A stretch of DNA of 64,000 nucleotides from Ministeria vibrans ATCC 50519 (lineage: Eukaryota; Protista; Filasterea), in NCBI GenBank assembly GCA_943704425.1, contig CALSCP010002236.1, positions 1 through 64,000 on the forward strand, read 5' to 3'. A model generated the notes under the pieces. It searched no databases and was not told where the DNA came from. It saw only the letters and a list, made by a program, of their open reading frames with translations. Below are positions 23,152 through 35,400 of this stretch, in pieces. The translations under genes were made by a program, and so were the position numbers. The first letter of the stretch is position 1; the number at the start of each line of letters is the position of its first letter.

Positions 23152-24786
23152 TCACAGCTCATCGACAAAGTCTTTTTCCTCCCTCAGACCATCGGTGGGG
23201 CTATCAGTGGTGGCACACTCAGGCAAATGGTCGTCGTGGAGCGTAAGGTAGGTGGGGAATGCGTTGGGGCGCACACAGCCCGTGAGGGCGCGGTTGAGGG
23301 CGACGTTGAGGAGGGCGAGTCGCGGAAGACGGGCGAGACTCGGCGGGACATCGCCTGTCAAATCGTTGTTTTGCAGCTGAAGGTGCTCGAGGCGTGTGAG
23401 CTGTCCGAGAGAGTCCGGAATGGGCCCGTGGAGGTCGTTGTTGAAGAGATCGAGGGAGCGCAGCTTGGGCCAGTCAGTGCCAATCCAGTCGGGAATGGAG
23501 CCTGAGAGGAACGTCCCGTCCACCCAAAACTTCTCAATGCGATGCCAGTTGCGAAGGGACTCGGGAATGGGGCCCGAGAGAGAGTACTGACGGCAGATCC
23601 AGGGGTGTTCTGTCGCGTACTCAGCGACCGACTGGTAGAGCGGGCGACAGAACACTTTGGGGTCCTTGGGGGGGCAAGGCACCCGTCCCTGTTGGAACGC
23701 CACGAAGACACGCAGGCTTTCAAGGGCACCCCACGCCGACGGGATCGCCGTGTTCATCAGATGGTTTCCGCTGACTTCGAGACGCACGAGAGACGTGAGC
23801 GCCCCAATGCACTCGGGCAGTTCGCCCACGTAGCCCATGTTGAGCATGAGGACGCGCAGTTGCTTCAGCTCACAGATGGGACGGATCACATGAAAAGGTG
23901 CGAGCTCGCGCGTGGCGTACGACAGCTCAAGGAAGCGCAGGTTTTTGAGGCTGGCAAAGGCGGGCGGCATGAGCGAAGATGAGGGCGGCATCGACAGCAT
24001 CTCGAGCTCTGTGAGCTTCTCGATGCCCACTGGCCAGTGACCCTTGATTCCGTTGAGGCTCACGTCAAGCACGCGCAGTTTTGCCAGGTTTGTGACGCAG
24101 CTGGGCATAAAGTTGGTGAGGTTGGCGCGCGGAAGGACCAGACCGACAATGCGACGCTCGTCGCCGACCGTCTCACAGATGACGTTGGAGCATGCACAGG
24201 GGTTGTCGCTGCCATGCCGCTTGCACACGGTCCAGTAGGGACCTCCGGTGCCGTCGTAGATGCAGCGGAACGCCTCGTGGTCGTGCTCGTTGAGCGGCGC
24301 TGCGTCCTCCACACTGGCGCCGTTCCTGCGGCGGCGCTCGTCGCGCTTAGCCAAGTGGTACGCCGGAATCCAACGCTCAATCAGGTTGTTGCCGAACGCA
24401 GCGCGCGCGTCGTCGTCGTTCTCCCGAAACACCTCGCGGCGCGACGTGGTGAAGGCGCGGCTGATCTTCTGTCCGAGCGCCGGTTGTTCATCAAACAAGT
24501 TGAGGTTTTTCCAGACCTCATCTGCGAGATCAAACGTCACATGCCGGCACGACGCCGCCGAGCCGCACACACAGGAGAGCCCTCGACAATTCTCCAGCAG
24601 CTTCTGCTCCAGTTGCGCGTTGTGTTTGATTTTGTTGGGACATTTGAGTTGGCTGTAAAATGTGGTAAATTCGCTTTTGACAAACTGCACTTCGCGCTTC
24701 ATGGCTGCCTGCTCAGGCTTGCTCTGAGGGACCGCGGCCAACACACACCATACGGCAGTGGCGACGACGAGCAATGCCGTGCGCAT
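23152..24786 (-). CDS. Intronless secretory-pathway protein with plant-type extracellular LRRs and C-terminal VDEL
   Basis: Signal peptide, Cys LRR N-cap (NPCACSNVIC), repeats LxxLDLxxNxLxGxIP, ends DFVDEL, no TM helix. Confidence 0.85.
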   Translation of the reverse strand: MRTALLVVATAVWCVLAAVPQSKPEQAAMKREVQFVKSEFTTFYSQLKCPNKIKHNAQLEQKLLENCRGLSCVCGSAASCRHVTFDLADEVWKNLNLFDEQPALGQKISRAFTTSRREVFRENDDDARAAFGNNLIERWIPAYHLAKRDERRRRNGASVEDAAPLNEHDHEAFRCIYDGTGGPYWTVCKRHGSDNPCACSNVICETVGDERRIVGLVLPRANLTNFMPSCVTNLAKLRVLDVSLNGIKGHWPVGIEKLTELEMLSMPPSSSLMPPAFASLKNLRFLELSYATRELAPFHVIRPICELKQLRVLMLNMGYVGELPECIGALTSLVRLEVSGNHLMNTAIPSAWGALESLRVFVAFQQGRVPCPPKDPKVFCRPLYQSVAEYATEHPWICRQYSLSGPIPESLRNWHRIEKFWVDGTFLSGSIPDWIGTDWPKLRSLDLFNNDLHGPIPDSLGQLTRLEHLQLQNNDLTGDVPPSLARLPRLALLNVALNRALTGCVRPNAFPTYLTLHDDHLPECATTDSPTDGLREEKDFVDEL

Positions 24787-25006
24787 TCCGAAATATTTCG
24801 AATATTTTTAAGTTTTTACCAATTAAATCATAGTCATAATTATTGACATTGATTGAAAAAGTGTTCGTCTGTGTAACCGCAAGAAATAATAATCATCGGT
24901 CATTGTGATAATCGATTTCTGTCTCGCCTAAGATCGCACATACTGCAATGGACTGACATACACAACAAGAGTTTATACATAGAGTGGCGTGGAGATTCAT
25001 TTGTAC

Positions 25007-25294
25007 TCAATCGGTTACATTTGCGGAGGCCTCTTTTCGCAATCGGACTTTCTCTGCACAACACACCAGGATCAGCATTCGCGGCTGCACACACTCACAC
25101 TCACACATAGACACATTTGGAGAGAAACCGTCTCACAAAAGATCAAACGAAGAACTGAGTTGGAACTCAATCTCTCAAATACAAATACAACCCACACCGC
25201 ACTGCGACAATACACCAGAACACTCTCACTGTCCCTTGACAGCTCTACCGCAACACAAACCCCCTCTCTTGTCCGTACACTGAGAGACTTGTTC

Positions 25295-25343
<49 letters not shown>

Positions 25344-25803
25344 TCTGTCTCTCTCGCTCTCAATCTGTCTCTCTCTCTCCCATTCCCGCGCCCCCACACG
25401 CAAGCCCGCCCCTGCCCCTGCCCCCTGCGTACCTTGATACGCCAGATACTCCTCCAGGTAGTCCGCTTCCGCCTTTTCTTTCGATGCCCAGTACGACATG
25501 TTTGTTTTCGTGTACCATAGCCCCACGGGGATGCCCACCAGCGTCGCCATCACGTGGTACTGCGGTCCTGCACACATTCCACACCCACACCAAAGAAAAC
25601 GACCAATACAGTTAGACCAAAATTCACATTTTTCTTTCTATCGTTTTTTTTTCTTTTTTTTTTAAAAGGATTTTCGTACGGAAAAAGTAAGGCCTGCCCA
25701 TCACACCGTTGGTGAACACGGCACCGAAGAACCCCGAGCAACAAAAATACGCGGTGTAGCGCACCAGCTTCTTCGTATCGATCTCAAAATTCCCTTCTTC
25801 CAT
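25007..25803 (-). CDS. NDUFC2: Small two-TM protein, likely complex I subunit NDUFC2/B14.5b, 3 exons (last exon tentative)
   Basis: MEEGNF...GFFGAVFTNGVMGRPYFF|RPQYHVMATLVGIPVGLWY... matches the N..(R)P...P..H pattern between the two helices of B14.5b. Confidence 0.5.
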
Positions 25804-26104
25804 AATACGATTAATTTTAATGATGAATTTGATCGCTTTTGAGTTTTGGAATTCGTATTTGACATTTTCAATTCTGAGTACCGTTCTCGACTATATTATC
25901 CGTGTTCTTGTGTAGTTTGCTTTAAGTACATCGATAATCGATTGCCTTTGCATTTGACAGTGAGTTGGCAATCGACATATCTTACCTTATATGAGTTACA
26001 AATTACAAATGAGTTAACAATTACAACTTACATAACTAACGTCCCTCTTTTAAACTCTTCCTCTCTCTTTATTAATTCTTATTTCCAATCATGTAGTCCA
26101 TTGC

Positions 26105-29100
26105 CTAGACAACATCATAATGAAGAATGTGAACCGCACCATTGTTGACCGAATCGGGACTGCCCACAACAAAGGTCCGCTGCGACGCCGGTGCGGTCGT
26201 CGAGCGGCTCCCCGCAGCCACCGCAGCCCCACCATTGGCCGTGAGTGCCTCCGCTGAGTCGTCCTGAAATACCCGGATCGCATTGCGCACTGTCCCGTCA
26301 CGCGAGAGCATCGCCAGGTACGCCTCGCCTTGCTCGGGCAGTCCCAACAGCATATCGTCAATCCCGTCGCCATCAGCGTCACCCACATGGGCCACAGACG
26401 CCCCAAGTCGCGCCCCGACCCCTCCTCCCGCCAACACCGTCTCCATCCCTCCCGTCACCCCCGTCAGCAGCTGCTCGCCCAGCGCATACCCTGTTTCATT
26501 CAGAAACACAACAAACACCCCGGAACTCCCAGATGCATCACTCGCATTGTACGCCCCAATAGCAATATCGCTCACTCCGTCGCCATTCACATCGTTCAGT
26601 CCAGCAACAGACCTAAACAGCACACAGAGACACACACAAAGACACACACAAAGACACACAGATAAAAGACTGAACTGATCACTGCTTGTAAGACTTACGC
26701 GCCAAAACGGGAGTTTGCCCAAAGAAGACCGTTAAAATTGCCCTCCTGAGGAGCCAGAATGACATGAGACTGAGCCGCGCCAATGGCAGGACGCAGCTGG
26801 TTGCGCATAAAGGTGATGAGGACAGCGCCGTGGGAGCCGTAGCCGGGCATGCCAATGGCAAGCTCATCGACATCGTCGACGTCGAGACTGCCCAGCGACG
26901 CAAGTGACGCGCCAAACTGCAGACTCTGTCCGCCGTTGGGATTGGTCAGCCCAAAGTCGGTCTCGGGTGTAATGACTTGCACGAGCGTCTCGGCGCCGGT
27001 ACGGTCAAGGGAGACGGCATACACAACACCGTTGCCGTAGAAGGGCGCGCTGATAAAGACCGTCGCGTGCACTGCGGTGTAACTCAGAGACGGCGAGATG
27101 AGCTGGTCGTAATCGGGGAAATTGAGGACAGCAGCGCCAAAACCATCGAACGAGAGCGCAAGAGGCTGTCCCAGAGACACACGCGAGATCCACCGCAGAT
27201 CCTTAATCTCACCTGTGCTGGTGGGCCAGACGAGTGCAACTGCGCCCTGCGACGCACGCGTCTGTGCGCCCACGAGCATGTCCTCGATGCCGTCGCCGTC
27301 CACATCGGTCACCAGTGCAATGCTAGTGCCAAACCCAAACGCATTTGAGGGCTGTGAGATGTGCATCGAGCCGTGTGCGGGTGAGATGCGCTGTTGCACT
27401 TTGACGGATGTCGAGCTCCCAGCAAGCAGAATCAGACGCACTTCGCCAGTGCGAAGAGAGGTACCACTGAGTAAGCCCACAGTGGCGTCCGGCATGCCCA
27501 TGGCAAAGTCGTCGGTGCCGTCCAGATCGAGATCACCCAGGGACACCAAGGCAAACTGGGTGTCGTCAAAGTCGGTACCAAGCGTCTGAAGACCACCCAG
27601 CACGTCAAACGTGTACTGACGGTAGTTCGAGAAAAAAAAATTGCCGGCAGTCGCATCCAGCAAAACATCTTGCACAGTGAGCGCTGTGGAGGACCCGACC
27701 TGAGCCGATGTGATCAGAAGACGTTTGCTCAGAGGCATGTACGCAATGGCCATGCCCTGTCGATGTCCCGCAATGCCCGCTGAGACGGAATCCATTCCTT
27801 GCGAGGTAGCAAAGGCTCCCGTTGTTTCCACACGCACTATCTGCACGCGCTGGCCCGCGCTCGCGTGACGGGGCACAGTTATTATCACATCGTACGTGCC
27901 GTCTCCATCAAAATCGCCCAATGAAATCACTGAAGCGCCCACCATAGCGCTTGCCTGATTGGAAATTGTTGAATCACGATTTAGAGACACAGCATTGCCC
28001 AACGGCGCACCATCGGTCCCCAGCTCAAACAGAAACACCGCACCGAGAGGCACGTCACACACAATCACCGAGGGTGCTCCGTCGTTGTCCATGTCCCCCA
28101 CATACGCAACGCTGGTTCCAAAAGCGAAGACAGTCTCGCCCAAGAACTGCGTTGTGGGGTCGATCCGAGTGTGTGCTGCCACTGTGCCGTTGCGGTGCAG
28201 GAACAGGACATACGCGCGGTTGCCCAGTCGGTTTCCTAACGTGAGAGAAGGCAATAACAAGTGAGTAGGCGGAGGAAACAAAGTGATAGAGATAGAAACT
28301 CAGAATAAATCACGTAGTCAGAGCGCTGACACAGATGGCGTACCAACAAGAAGATCGGGTATGCCGTCGCCATTAAGATCTTGAAGGGCCGCCAGAGAGA
28401 ACCCAATGCCACAGTCGATGACGCTGCACTCATCAAACCCCGTCTGCAAAGAACATTTGAAATCTGTCATCCACACCACGAACACACTAAACTTTGAAGG
28501 CTATACCGAGACCACCGACTTGTATGTCCCGTCGCGATTCAAGAATGCAATGTACACTGCGCCAAATTTGGAGTTGTCGCCAGACGCACCAATGGCCAAG
28601 TCGGGAATGAAGTCGCCGTCCACATCCCCAACCCTAACAGAGAGTGAAAGAATAGAAGAAAGAGGGACAGTCAGTGCAGGGTGGAAAGCAGCGGGAGAGA
28701 GTTTACAACAATACACACACACACACACACACACGAAGGAGAAAATTAAATATTAGTAGTATTTTAATCTCTTGCTTGGAAGGTGAACATTTGTGTGATA
28801 GAGCTTACAGTGCTAAGGCGGTACCAAACAAGCCTCCGTCGACGGCGGGGTAAGGGAAGGGCAGCGTTGTCTCGTCGAGAGGAAAGTGTGAGACAGGCAC
28901 AATGGCAGCTGTGAGGTTGCCACCGGCACAAACCGTTGTCGAGTCGGCCACGAAGCCGTCATGGCAAGCACATCGAAACGCACCGGGCCCCAAGTAGAGG
29001 CAGGCGGCAAAGGGGCCGCAGTTGTGCGACAATTCAGTACAGTGATTGACGGGAGTGCACACCAGACCGGATCCTCTGAATCCTTCGCCACACGTACACC

Positions 29101-29523
29101 GCGTCCCATAAACGCCACCGGCCGGCGTGCAAATGGCGTTAGCATCACACCGGGTGCAGTTCATGGCAGAGGGCGCGGGCGAGACGGCCGCTGCTGTCTC
29201 CAGCAGCGCCAAACGCACTTCGGCCGATGACAGACGACTCTCCGCCGAGTCAACGCGACTCCCCACGTCGCTCCCGTCGCTCAATACCAGCCGCCCTTCA
29301 ACCCACACTACTCCCGATGCAGGTGGCGATGGAGCAAGCACCAGCTTTCCTTCGTCGTTGTATCTACAGACGCACAAACGATCGAAACACATAAACATCG
29401 AATCTTCGGGAGGAAAAAGAAAAGAAAAAAAAACGCAAAGTATCAAACTCACATTTGTGCATCCTCTGCGCGGCAGCATGACGCAAGTGCCATGCCCAGC
29501 ATGAACAGTTTCAACATGGACAT
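26105..29523 (-). CDS. Secreted protein: N-terminal beta/coiled-coil segment, 2 EGF domains, multiple FG-GAP (integrin-alpha-type propeller) repeats; no TM
   Basis: Signal peptide, CTCGEGFRGSGLVC EGF, about 9 clear DxDGDG..D Ca-binding loops with FGxS/xxGAP flanks, multi-exon. Confidence 0.85.
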
Positions 29524-30736
29524 GTTGATTTTTGGTAGGACTTGACTGTTTTTTTTTATTTTGACTTTTGAGTGAGTTAAGTCACTCACTTGAGAGACAG
29601 ATTAAAAATCACTCAAAGTATTACCCCAAATAATCATTCTCAAAAATAAATTAATAATCTCATTATAACAAATATAAAAATAAATTTAAAAAAAAAGAAT
29701 TATTTACGTCAATATGAACTCGTGGTCTCTTGAATCGGAGTTGGTGCTGCTACGGAGCGTCATCGCGCACGAGCTCTTTCACATCTCCAAGAAAGCTCCT
29801 CAATGGAAAAGTGTAAATGACTGAATGTTTTGTCCTGTTTTGCGCGCGTGTGTGTGTCTTTGTGCGCCGCTACACGTGTGTGCTGTCGTGCTCACACGTA
29901 GACGCCTCTGAGCGCCCGCACGTGTATTAATTGTTTGAGTTTGTGTTATCGTGACACACAAAAAAAAATTCAACAAAAAAAAATACACAAGAGAAAAAAT
30001 TGCATACGTATGTGTGTGTCGTGAGCTCTACGTACTCGCAACATGCTCAGCGTCTTCATGTGCAGTCGTGCGTGGGGCGTTACAATAGCCGTTTCGCCGG
30101 CAGAGCAATCGCCACAATGGACTGTTTTCGTCGGAAAGAAAAACGACTCTGGATTCGCTCTCTCCTGCTCTGCCGTGCACATGGCAGTGTAGCCCACACA
30201 TGCATGCATCGCTGGGCTGTGTCAGCGTTGCCCATAGAGCCCTCTCTGTTATTGTATTTGTGGTCAAAGCTGACCAAAAAAAAACTTTTCACTTCTCTCT
30301 CACTTCTCGTCGCAAATCAATATAAAACATACCGAATAGCGCGCCACAGAGGATGCCAAGTCGGCCCCGCCGGCGTCCAGGAATCGTTCCTCATTCCATA
30401 TTTATTTTGTTTCTGTTGCATTTTATGTGTTTTCTGTTTTATCTCGTCTGCTTTGCGCGCTGCCTCCCTCCCATCCTCCCCATGTGGGTGCTGCGGTTGC
30501 GCTCCAGCGCTAAATTCGACCTATTTCTATTACGCAAATATCATTTTTCTCTATTTGATTTGTATGTTATGATTCAGACTGATTTGCTCTTGTGGATGAA
30601 TCGATCTTTTCTTGTCTCTTCATTCGCCAGTTACACCTTCAGCTACTGCTGCGCCACTGCTCATTTCACACGCGATTTTTTTTTTTTTTCTGCATTCGTT
30701 TCTGTCTTACTGTGTTACACAACACTGTTAATATAG

Positions 30737-32221
30737 GTGATTGAAGACTGCCGCAAAGAGCTGGGCGAAACGTCGGGCGTTGACCTGTCGATTCCACTGG
30801 TGTTTGCTAAAGTGCGTGGCATGCTGGGGGGCATGTCGAGGCGCAAGCCGACGGAGAAGGAGATGCAGCGCGAGGTCACGCCCGAGCTGGCCGAGAGCGG
30901 CGTGTCGCTCGCGTGGCGCATCAAGCACAACAAGGTCGCAGAGAAGTGGCAGTTGCTCAAGGAACTCGACGAGAAGCGTCACAAGCCACCGCCGACGGCT
31001 GCCGCACTTGCCGCCAAGAATCGCATTGAAGGTGGTCCCATGCCCGACACGATCATCACAACAAAACGCGCTCGCAAGAAGAAACGCACCTTTGACGATG
31101 CGAGTTTCGACGACGAAGATGAAGACGATGACCTTCTCGACGCCGACGACGACGACCGATACTCGTCCTACAGTGAACGCAATGGCGGTGGTAGTGAGGC
31201 CACTGGCGGTGGCGGCGATGGGGGTGGAGGAGGCGGTGAAGGGAAGACGAACGGGGCGAGCACACACCACCACCACAGTTCCAGCAGTGGTCGTCGCCAC
31301 AATCATAGCTCATCGGGCCGTAAGCAACACCGTCAGCAGCAGTCGCAACATCGACAGAACAGCCAACATCACCACCCACACCACCCCAACTCGAGCTCGC
31401 ACTACCCTAGACGTCGATCGCATCATCGCTCGTACTCTTTTTCAGACTCGGACGACTCACATGCCTACTCTGGACCCGAACCGCTCCCCTGGGCATCTCC
31501 TCGACCGTACACCGAGGACCGTGCGCGCTTTGGCAATGGCACGGACACCTTTACACGAATGGATCTCAATGTGCTGCGTGAGATCACACGTGAGGTGGTG
31601 GAGCCCATCCGTGAGCTCACCGACAACGTTGTACACCCCATGGTCAACGGCATGGTTTGCATGATGCAGCAGTTTCAGCTGCACAACAGTGCTCTCTCGC
31701 GCACCCCCTTCGAGCAGACCCATCGTCTTTCTGCCCTTGTCAAGACCCTCCACCACTCTCTCAGCTCTTTTGTAGACCACGACCATCCCCACTTGGCGCT
31801 CGTCCAACAGATTGCTGCTCAGATTACCCAACTTCAAGTGCAAATGTCGCAAGAACCCGTCGGTGAGCCAGACACGGCGGCGGCGGCAGCAGCAGCAGCA
31901 GCAGCAGGCTTGTCGTCCAACGTAGAGAAAGCCCTCTCCGGCGACAACAACAAAGCCAATAATGATGATGATATTGACGACGACACAGCAGTGCGTCGCA
32001 TTGAAGACCTTGCCGCCCCACACGGCACCACTGCTGACGTCGACAATCCACCACCGCTGTCGAGCGTCGCTCTTCTCGACCATTTTCTCCACGAATCCGA
32101 CTCGACTGCCGCAGTGTCTGCAATGGACGTCGATGGCTCCAGACAACAGCAAGAACAACAACAACAACAGTCTGTGCCGACTTCCTCTCTCGCTCGTCGC
32201 TCAGACAAATCTGCCGAGTAG
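30737..32221 (+). CDS. Terminal exon of a low-complexity, probably nuclear protein; upstream exons unresolved
   Basis: 494-codon ORF opening at an AG acceptor, basic KRARKKKR NLS-like motif, acidic/His/Gln/Ala runs. Confidence 0.7.
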   Translation: MIEDCRKELGETSGVDLSIPLVFAKVRGMLGGMSRRKPTEKEMQREVTPELAESGVSLAWRIKHNKVAEKWQLLKELDEKRHKPPPTAAALAAKNRIEGGPMPDTIITTKRARKKKRTFDDASFDDEDEDDDLLDADDDDRYSSYSERNGGGSEATGGGGDGGGGGGEGKTNGASTHHHHSSSSGRRHNHSSSGRKQHRQQQSQHRQNSQHHHPHHPNSSSHYPRRRSHHRSYSFSDSDDSHAYSGPEPLPWASPRPYTEDRARFGNGTDTFTRMDLNVLREITREVVEPIRELTDNVVHPMVNGMVCMMQQFQLHNSALSRTPFEQTHRLSALVKTLHHSLSSFVDHDHPHLALVQQIAAQITQLQVQMSQEPVGEPDTAAAAAAAAAAGLSSNVEKALSGDNNKANNDDDIDDDTAVRRIEDLAAPHGTTADVDNPPPLSSVALLDHFLHESDSTAAVSAMDVDGSRQQQEQQQQQSVPTSSLARRSDKSAE

Positions 32222-32339
32222 AAAGACTTTTTCTATGTGTTTTCTTTTTTTATTGTGCATTACAACCGAAACCCCCCCCCCTCTACATTGCTCTTCTCTC
32301 TCTCTCTTTTCTTTCTCTAATGATTTATCTCTCACGCAC

Positions 32340-32392
32340 ACTTAGTTTTTTCTCCCTCTCTATCACATTCTCTATCACATTCTCTACCACAT

Positions 32393-32489
<97 letters not shown>
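32340..32489. repeat. (CT)n microsatellite between convergent gene ends
   Basis: Visible array. Confidence 0.95.
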
Positions 32490-32490
<1 letters not shown>

Positions 32491-32498
32491 GCTCCAGG

Positions 32499-35400
32499 CT
32501 AGAAATTGGAACGATCCGAGTCGCGGGCAAAATGGACAAAAATTTGATCAAGAGTGACCTGAGAGACAGAATAGTCTTCGACGAGCTCACGGATTGTCTC
32601 ATGGTCAATGACGGCAAAGAGACGACCCACTGGCGCAGACGCAACAGGAACGCGCAGCTCCAGCTGTGTCTCGTGCTCATCGAGAATCTCACTGTCGGGT
32701 AGCTCCGACTGCAAATGCGCTTTGATCTTTATCAGTCCTTCGGATGTGTGGCTCTTGCAGATCAGTTGGTTCCCTTGGCCATACAGTGACTAAATACACG
32801 ATAGAAAGTTAGATAGGTAAATTGGCTCAATTTGAGAGTCTGGTGAGAACATGACATGACAAGAGGGCAAGAAACTTCTTAATGAGGGCATAACACATAA
32901 TCCACTTGTACCTTGAGATGAGCCAGCGTTCCAAGACAGCGCAACACACCATTGTGCATGATGCACATGCGCGTGGACAGTGCCTCCATCTCCGGCATCG
33001 AGTGCGATGTCACAATCACCGATGTACCCTGTGCGCGCACCGACAACAGCACGTCCCACAAGAAGCGCTGAGCTTTGGGATCCTACCATGCAAAACAAAT
33101 CATATTGTTCAGAACGTCGCTCTCTATAGTTTCTTTCTCCTTTTTCTCCTTTCTCTCTCTCTCACACACACACACATACTCTCCCTCTGTCTTTATCACT
33201 TTGTTTCTCTCTCCCTCCTTTCTCTCAATCGATAAATCATTTATTTTCGTTGCTTGTACCATTCCACTGCTGGGCTCATCGAGCAAGAGCACTCCTCGTG
33301 TGGACCCCACAAGCGCTGCCGCAACCTGAAGTTTGCGCTTGTTTCCGCCCGAGTAAGTACCGCATGCGCGGTCGGCAAAGAGACGCAGCTGCAGCTTGTC
33401 CAGACCCCAGTCGACCATGGCTGCGACGTCCGCTTCGTCTGCGACGCCGCGCAGACGTGCGTACATGGTCAGCACTTCACGACCCGTCAGCAGCTCGTTG
33501 AGGGCGTCAAATTGCGGGCAGTAGCCTAGTGCTTGGCGGAAGTGGGCATCGGAGCGAATGGCATGGCCGTCGATCCAAGCGTCGCCCTCGGTGACGGCCA
33601 GATCGCCCGTAAGCATGCGAAAAGTGCTCGTCTTGCCGGCACCATTAACGCCAAGCAGACCAAAACACTCGCCACGCGCAACCCCCACTGTCAGTCGGTT
33701 CACCGCGACCTTTTCCTTCTTGCCGCGTCGGTACACCCGCGACATCTGATCAATGACCACCGCATACGCACCCAGACGGTGTCCACTGACAAGTTCAGCG
33801 ACATGCTGGCGCTCCGCAAGCACATCTGCGTCCTCAAGACCCTCTCGGTCCGCCTGGCTTTCCGCAATGGCTGCCGCGTCCGCCTTGGAACACGCCACGC
33901 GACGGCGCATGCTCCACTTCTCGGTAAACAATACCAGCGCCGCAAAAACCACTGCCGTGATGGCCATGAAAAGCAGATTGCGACCCGTAATGACAAAGTC
34001 GCTGACAGCATGGCCACTTAGCTGATAAACCCCAAACTGATTGCCAACCTTGTTTAGATTGTACGTGTACGAGATGTCCATGATACCCCGCCCCATCGCA
34101 TAGTTAGGAAACACCAGAAAGACCCATTGAAGGTATTTATTGGCATTGACCAGGTGCGGCTGATCCGGAAAGAAGTCCAGCACAAAGGTCGCAGTGGATG
34201 TGCCAATGCCCACAAAAATGTTCAGGACCACCAGCGACACATAGGCAGTGCTGGGAACACTGAAGAAGCGCGAGAGGAAGTACATGAGCGGGGTCATGGA
34301 GAGGCCGTACATGAAGAAGAGCGCAATAACATAGCCGATGTTCGCGCGGAACGCCTCGATGTTGAAGACCCACACAAAGAAGACACAGAGAAACATGGAG
34401 AGCGAGAAGAGGACCATGTCCCACACGTAGCTGGAGAGCCAATAAATTTCCGTGTTGACACCCGCAATGAACTGGAGAACTTTGCCCTTGCTGACACGTT
34501 CGCTGACAAGGAAAAGCGAGAAGCTCGCGGGGATGAAAGAAAAAGCAATGATAAGGTTCACAGCAATGACAAGATTGATGCCGGACTCGTCGTTCTCGTC
34601 GACCAGCTGACTGCTCGTCTTGGGCAGCGGGTGCTCGGTGAGCGTGATGCGCGCCTGCTCTGGGTTGGCGCCCATGAAGCGTGGGTAGACGGTCGCCGAC
34701 CACCACTCGTTGACGACGAGGAGCGGAGAGTGCCACGCAAGATTCAAGAAGTAGCCCTTGGCAAGCATCGAGGGTGCTGCCGTAGCGCCTCCGGACAGCT
34801 CCGAGGCGTTGGCGCCGCTAAACACGGTAAAGGTTTGCTCTTCCATGGAGTAGTAGTTGTCGGCGATCCACTGGGTCGTGTTGGTCGAGACCTCGAGCGA
34901 GACGTCGTTGACCGTGAGTGGACCACCGAGTGCTGCGGTTGCATACTGCGTCTGCATATTGAGCATGCCTGTCGAGAACTGCGCCACCGGGTCGACCAGA
35001 CCCGGTAGCACGGCGTACGGGACGATAGAGGCGCCACTAATCATGCCGGGTGAGTAGGTGAGCGGCGGCCAGTCTGTGGGCGGCGGGTAGATCGTGGCAA
35101 GGGCCATGGCTATGCACACGAAGAAGGCTGGCACCAGGAATTGCGAGACAAAGCCTTTCTTGTCGCGTCGGTTGTGGTGGAATCGCTTGGCAATGAGTGC
35201 ACGGAATTGACGCGCGCGCCACTGCATGCCACGCACCGCTGGCTTGACAGCGGGCGCAGCGGCAGAGACGGCGGCAGCCGCCGATTCGCCAAGGAGTGCG
35301 CGAGTGGTTTGCGAGCGCAACAGAACCTCGTGCTGCACTGCGTCTGTTGCGGCGCCGTCCGCGAGCAACGCGGCGGTGGACTTATTTTTGTTCGCCGCGC

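Noticed and set aside
26105-28640. Integrin alpha call
   Set aside because: No thigh/calf domains, TM helix or GFFKR motif.
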